From the NCBI GenBank assembly GCA_963575745.1, contig CAUYUJ010000225.1:1488001-1511205 (forward strand): a stretch of 23,205 nt of DNA, written 5' to 3'. This document shows positions 20,645 to 23,205 of the stretch, one piece after another (position 1 is the stretch's first letter; each line of letters opens with the position of its first letter). The DNA comes from Prorocentrum cordatum (lineage: Eukaryota). Made by a program: the position numbers and the translations under genes. The notes beneath the pieces were generated by a model, which saw nothing but the letters and a program-made list of their open reading frames with translations, did no database searches and had not been told where the DNA came from.

Positions 20645-22034
20645 CGACGACATCGACGTCGACGTCGACGTCGTGGTCGTCGTCGTTGTGATATTGTCGT
20701 GGTGGTGGTCGCCGTCGTTGTCTTAGCCGTTGTCGTCGTCGCCGTACTCGCCGTTGTCGCTGTCGTCGTCGTCCTCCTGGTCGCCGTCGTTGCCGTCGTC
20801 CTCGTCGTGGTCGTTGTCGTCGTAGTGGTCCCGCCCGTCAAGGTGCGCCTGCCCGACCCGACCCGCCCGTTAGGGTTCGCGCGTGCTGAGTCGAGCTCGC
20901 CCCACACTTTTGTGCCCCGCCCGCCCGACCCGACCCGCGTGATAGGGTCCTCCCGACACGACCCGACCCGTCCCGCCCGTTAGGGTCCGCCCGCCCGACC
21001 AGACCCGCCCGTTAGGGTTCACGCGTGCCCACTCGAGCGCGCCCCATACTTTAGTGTCCCGCCCGCCCAACCCGACCCGACACATCCCGCCCGTCAGGGT
21101 CCGCCCGACCCGATCCGACCTGCCCGTTGAAGTTCACGCGTGCTCGCTCCAGCGTGCCCCATACTCCAGTGACTCCAGTGCCCCGCTCGCCCGACCCGAC
21201 CCGCGTGTGAGGGTCCGCCCGACCCCACCCCGACCCGTCCCGCCCGTTAGGGGGGTCCGCCCGCCAGACCGGACCCGCCCGTTAGGGTTCACGCGTGCCC
21301 ACTCGAGCGCGCCCCACACTTTAGTGTCCCGCCCGCCCGACCCCGACCCGCCCGTTAGGGTCCGCCCACCCACCCGACCCGTCCGCCCGTTAGGGTCCGC
21401 CCGACCCGACCCAACCGCGTTAAAGGCGTGCTCGTCCGGCGCGCCCAAACACTTAGTGTCCCGCCCGCCCGACCCGACCCGCCCGTTAGGGTCCGCCCGA
21501 CCCGACCCCACCCGTCCCGCCCGTTAGGGTCCGCCTGCCCCACCCGACCCGCCGGTTAGGGTTCACGCGTGTCGCTCGGGCGTGACCCACACTTCAATGC
21601 CCCCGCCCACCCGACCTGACCCGCCCGTTGCGCCGAGGGCCTCCCCGGAGGCCCAAAAAGGGGCAAGCGAGGGAAGGGCAGCGGTGTCGGTGTATCGAAC
21701 AGGGCAGGGCTGTCTAGTAAACGCCCAGGGCCGTTTAGTAAGCGCCAATCATCGAATACGGGTGGTTTTTCCTCCCTTGATTCTCCTTCCTGGACCCTCC
21801 TCGATCCCCCTCCCCCTCCGAAGCTCGCAAAGCGGCCCAGAGCCCGCGGAGGCTCCGGACCCTCAAGGCTGGCGAGAAGCCGCCCGTCCAGCAGCCGGGG
21901 CCCGAGGGCGGCGGCATCGCGCCCTCGGCAGCCCGGGGCGCGGCCGCGCCGAGGGCCGCAGGCACCGCGGCCGAGGGCCACGCCCTGCACCGAGGCGAGC
22001 CGCCAGAGGGCGCGCGGCCCAGGCTCCGCCCCAT
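17215..22034 (-). CDS. PRKCSH: Spliced gene for a glucosidase II beta subunit (PRKCSH)-like protein. Preferred exon model: 22034-21870, 19541-19178, 18933-18908, 18430-18264, 18089-17909, 17725-17528, 17358-17215 (1245 nt, about 414 aa)
   Basis: Fragments in ORF-track translations match the family in the correct order. LDLa-like 1: EFACADG...[21 protein letters not shown]. LDLa-like 2: FYCG...VPHSAVNDGICDCCAGEDEW...RCPDRC. MRH: GPDHAFLAVAEKGCFRLDEGSAIYKVCLLDRVTHQ...LG...MGDGEWCHKASVNRSVEVLFEC...ITETYACSFVVRFETPAAC. Reading phases are consistent across all junctions in the model. The symbol denotes family likeness; orthology is not proven. Confidence 0.85.
17365..17525. mobile_element. Introner/MITE family A copy forming intron 6 (intron 17359-17527, GC-AG)
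   Basis: Ends are TTTGGTCGGGCATGTCCCCCTACAGG and CCTCTGGAGGGACAGGCCCGACTTGA (inverted). Perfect 8-bp TSD GCCTTGTG at 17357-17364 and 17526-17533. Confidence 0.9.
17528..17725 (-). CDS. Exon 6: MRH domain N-terminal part
   Basis: GCFRLDEGSAIYKVCLLDRVTHQ...GDGEWCHK in ORF 17432..17920. AAG|G acceptor and AAG|GC donor. Confidence 0.88.
17726..17908. mobile_element. Palindromic element (family B) forming intron 5
   Basis: Nearly full-length fold-back (AAGACTCGGAGGTCCGCGCGGA...GGCGCGC TCC GCGCGCC...TCCGCGCGGACCTGCGAGTCTT). Terminal GGGGGAGCGAAG/CTTCGCGCCCCC. Direct repeat CCCTTCTC at 17724-17731 and 17907-17914. Confidence 0.8.
17909..18089 (-). CDS. Exon 5: RCPDRCLEAEG...helical linker...GPDHAFLAVAEK
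   Basis: CAG|G acceptor. My translation in the frame continuous with ORF 17432..17920 gives the PRKCSH-like CPxxC and GPxxxF motifs. Confidence 0.85.
18096..18261. mobile_element. Introner/MITE family A copy forming intron 4 (intron 18090-18263, GT-AG)
   Basis: Ends are TCAGGTCGAGCATGCCCCCCCTACAGG and CCCGTAGAGGGACATGCCCGACTTAA. Perfect 8-bp TSD ACCTGGCG at 18088-18095 and 18262-18269. Confidence 0.9.
18264..18430 (-). CDS. Exon 4: second LDLa-like module (FYCG...VNDGICDCCAGEDEW)
   Basis: ORF 18218..18469. AG|GT donor at 18263; 5' boundary approximate. Confidence 0.85.
18463..18809. mobile_element. Nested element in intron 3: 50-bp inverted arms enclosed by ~50-bp direct repeats
   Basis: Direct repeats AGGACAAGGAACCCTTCGATAAGGAATCCAGG... 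at 18463-18512 and 18760-18809. Inverted arms at 18527-18576 and 18699-18748 (4 mismatches) surround an internal CATCGGCGATG 11-mer array. Confidence 0.75.
18908..18933 (-). CDS. Exon 3 (tentative micro-exon GPESVCTVE; may extend towards ~18846)
   Basis: CAG|G acceptor at 18933 is in the phase needed by exon 2. AG|GC donor after 18908 is in the phase needed by exon 4; other in-phase donors exist further on. Confidence 0.4.
19178..19541 (-). CDS. Exon 2: LCCQGPGGNPACWDASFTFERCC and first LDLa-like module
   Basis: Lies within ORF 19065..19871. The acceptor is uncertain (19541 or 19562, both in frame). The donor at 19177 is favoured by a 14-bp junction direct repeat; 19225 is a same-phase alternative. 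Confidence 0.8.
20115..20430 (+). repeat. 16-bp minisatellite (TTGGCTTTCGCCCGGG)n within intron 1
   Basis: Exact units at 20189-20204 and 20205-20220; roughly 19 copies in total. Confidence 0.93.
20562..20828 (+). repeat. Degenerate (GTC)n microsatellite within intron 1
   Basis: Direct reading. Confidence 0.92.
20829..21630 (+). repeat. Complex C-rich minisatellite (CCCGACCCGACCCGCCCGTTAGGGTCCG variants) within intron 1
   Basis: More than ten CCCGTTAGGGT cores, interspersed with recurrent TTCACGCGTG...CTCGAGCGCGCCCCAYACTTTAGTGTCCCG blocks. Confidence 0.88.
21870..22034 (-). CDS. Exon 1: putative signal peptide and first CW..CC half-motif (MGRSLGRAP...AAVPAALGAAAPRAAEGAMPPPSGPGCWTGGFSP)
   Basis: ATG at 22034 lies 25 nt after an SL-like motif. 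CWTGGFSP is completed by (E)LCC in the next exon, paralleling CWDASFTFERCC. GC donor at 21869. Confidence 0.7.
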
Positions 22035-22059
22035 CGCCGCCCCCCCAGCGCCACGAGGA

Positions 22060-22081
22060 CTTGAGGCAAAAGGGCCCCTGG
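22060..22081 (-). other. Relict dinoflagellate spliced-leader (DinoSL-like) sequence
   Basis: Minus strand reads CCAGGGGCCCTTTTGCCTCAAG versus DinoSL DCCGTAGCCATTTTGGCTCAAG. 16 of the 21 fixed positions are identical without gaps, and the motif ends 25 nt before the ATG. Confidence 0.75.
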
Positions 22082-22087
22082 CTGGGA

Positions 22088-22372
22088 CTCCTCCTGCTCC
22101 TCCTGCTCCTCCTGCTCCTCCTCCTCCTCCTCCTCCTCCTCCTCCTCCTCCTCCTCCTCCTCCTCCGCCTTCGGCTCCTCCTCCTCTTCCATCCTCCTCC
22201 TCCCTCTCCTCCTCCTCATCCTCCTCCTCCTCCTCCTCCTCCCTCCTCCTCCGACTCTCGCGTCCTCTTCGCCTCTCCCCTCCGCCTCCGTCTCTCCGCC
22301 TCCTCCTCCCCTCCCCGCCTCCTCCTCGTCCGTCCTCTCCCCTCCTCCTTCTCCTCCGCCTCCTCCTCTCAT
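22088..22372 (+). repeat. (CCT)n tract immediately upstream of the relict SL
   Basis: Direct reading. Confidence 0.92.
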
Positions 22373-22553
22373 CACTATCCTAACTCCTATCCTTATTCCT
22401 TATTAGAATATACTCCTACTCCCCTCTCAGGCCGGCCATTAGGGGCCGCATCCGGGGGTCCCATCCTAACCTGTAAAAAACAATACAACATCAACATGTT
22501 TCTTATTTTTTCCTCTCGACATGGACGTCTTGTCGTCCACGGCGATAATCCAT

Positions 22554-22932
22554 TGCAAAAAATACCACAAAGAGCACACGCGCGCGTTCATGTCAGAATC
22601 CTACCGAACACCTTGTGTTTGCAAGCATTTCAACATAAAAACAGCAAAAACCCAATGCTTTTTCACAAAAATTGTGCAAATTTCCCGCCCGGGCTCTCTT
22701 GCTGAAATCATAGGAAAACCATAGGAATCTGAAGAATTCGGTCAAATCCAGCGATTTCGCGTCATCGCGCGGTGCACTCGCGATGCTCTGTCATGCACCC
22801 AGGCCGCGAATCCTGTGCAAAAATACAACAAAGAGCACACTCGCGCGTTCATGTCAGAATCCTACCGAATACCGTGTTTTTGCAAGCATTTCAACATAAA
22901 AACATCAAAAACCCAATGCTTTTCACAAAAAT
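22554..22932 (+). repeat. Two ~118-bp direct repeats (22554-22672, 22816-22932)
   Basis: CAAAGAGCACAC.CGCGCGTTCATGTCAGAATCCTACCGAA...TTTGCAAGCATTTCAACATAAAAACA.CAAAAACCCAATGCTTTTTCACAAAAAT occurs twice. Confidence 0.9.
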
Positions 22933-23205
22933 GCTTTGGGGTGTCCTGTCAGACCGTCGGGCTTCCTCCGGCCACCTCTGGCTTCCTGCGGTGTACCGGG
23001 CCATTCTCGACTCGTCTGGCTATGCGTGCGCGGCATTCAACACGCGCTCGCCAGTTCCCGTCGGCAACCGCCATCGCGGCCGCATCAGCTGTACCAAACC
23101 GGCTGGCCGGTGTGACTTCGGCCCCCAGTTGTGCCAGCTTTGCTTCTTTTGTTGTGGGAGGGCGGGTGGGACTGGGCATGCCATGCTTGACTCGCTCGAG
23201 CTGGC

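Noticed and set aside
19459..20726. 371-aa and 204-aa plus-strand ORFs with GFRPGWLSPGLAFAR repeats
   Set aside because: Translation of the 16-bp minisatellite in intron 1.
20829..21630. TTAGGG cores as a telomere
   Set aside because: Single hexamers embedded in a longer C-rich unit inside an intron, not tandem telomeric repeats.
22949..23179. 76-aa minus-strand ORF at the window edge
   Set aside because: No recognisable motif; it could be the tail of something outside the window but cannot be supported here.

Overview
Eukaryotic, GC-rich, repeat-dominated genomic DNA. It is most likely dinoflagellate, an inference from a relict dinoflagellate spliced-leader motif, GC splice donors with AG|G acceptors, and the repeat style; the species cannot be fixed from sequence alone. 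Most ORFs in the supplied track are artefacts of satellites. One real protein-coding gene can be rebuilt by hand on the minus strand (about 22034 to 17215, 7 exons, about 414 aa in the preferred model). It encodes a glucosidase II beta (PRKCSH)-like protein with an N-terminal twin CW-x8-CC motif, two LDLa-like Cys modules and a C-terminal MRH domain. A degenerate 22-nt DinoSL lies 25 nt upstream of its ATG, suggesting the gene is a retroposed mRNA. Each of its six introns carries inverted-repeat structure. Two introns are copies of one ~160-bp TIR element with perfect 8-bp target-site duplications that supply the splice sites, and a third, non-intronic copy lies at 2237-2395. Downstream of the gene is a heavily decayed LINE-like retroelement (endonuclease plus RT motifs, minus strand). 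The rest is micro- and minisatellites, a dispersed CTTGGGGC-rich repeat family, a (TA)n-associated element present in long and short forms, and two perfect fold-back palindromes centred on GACTC.
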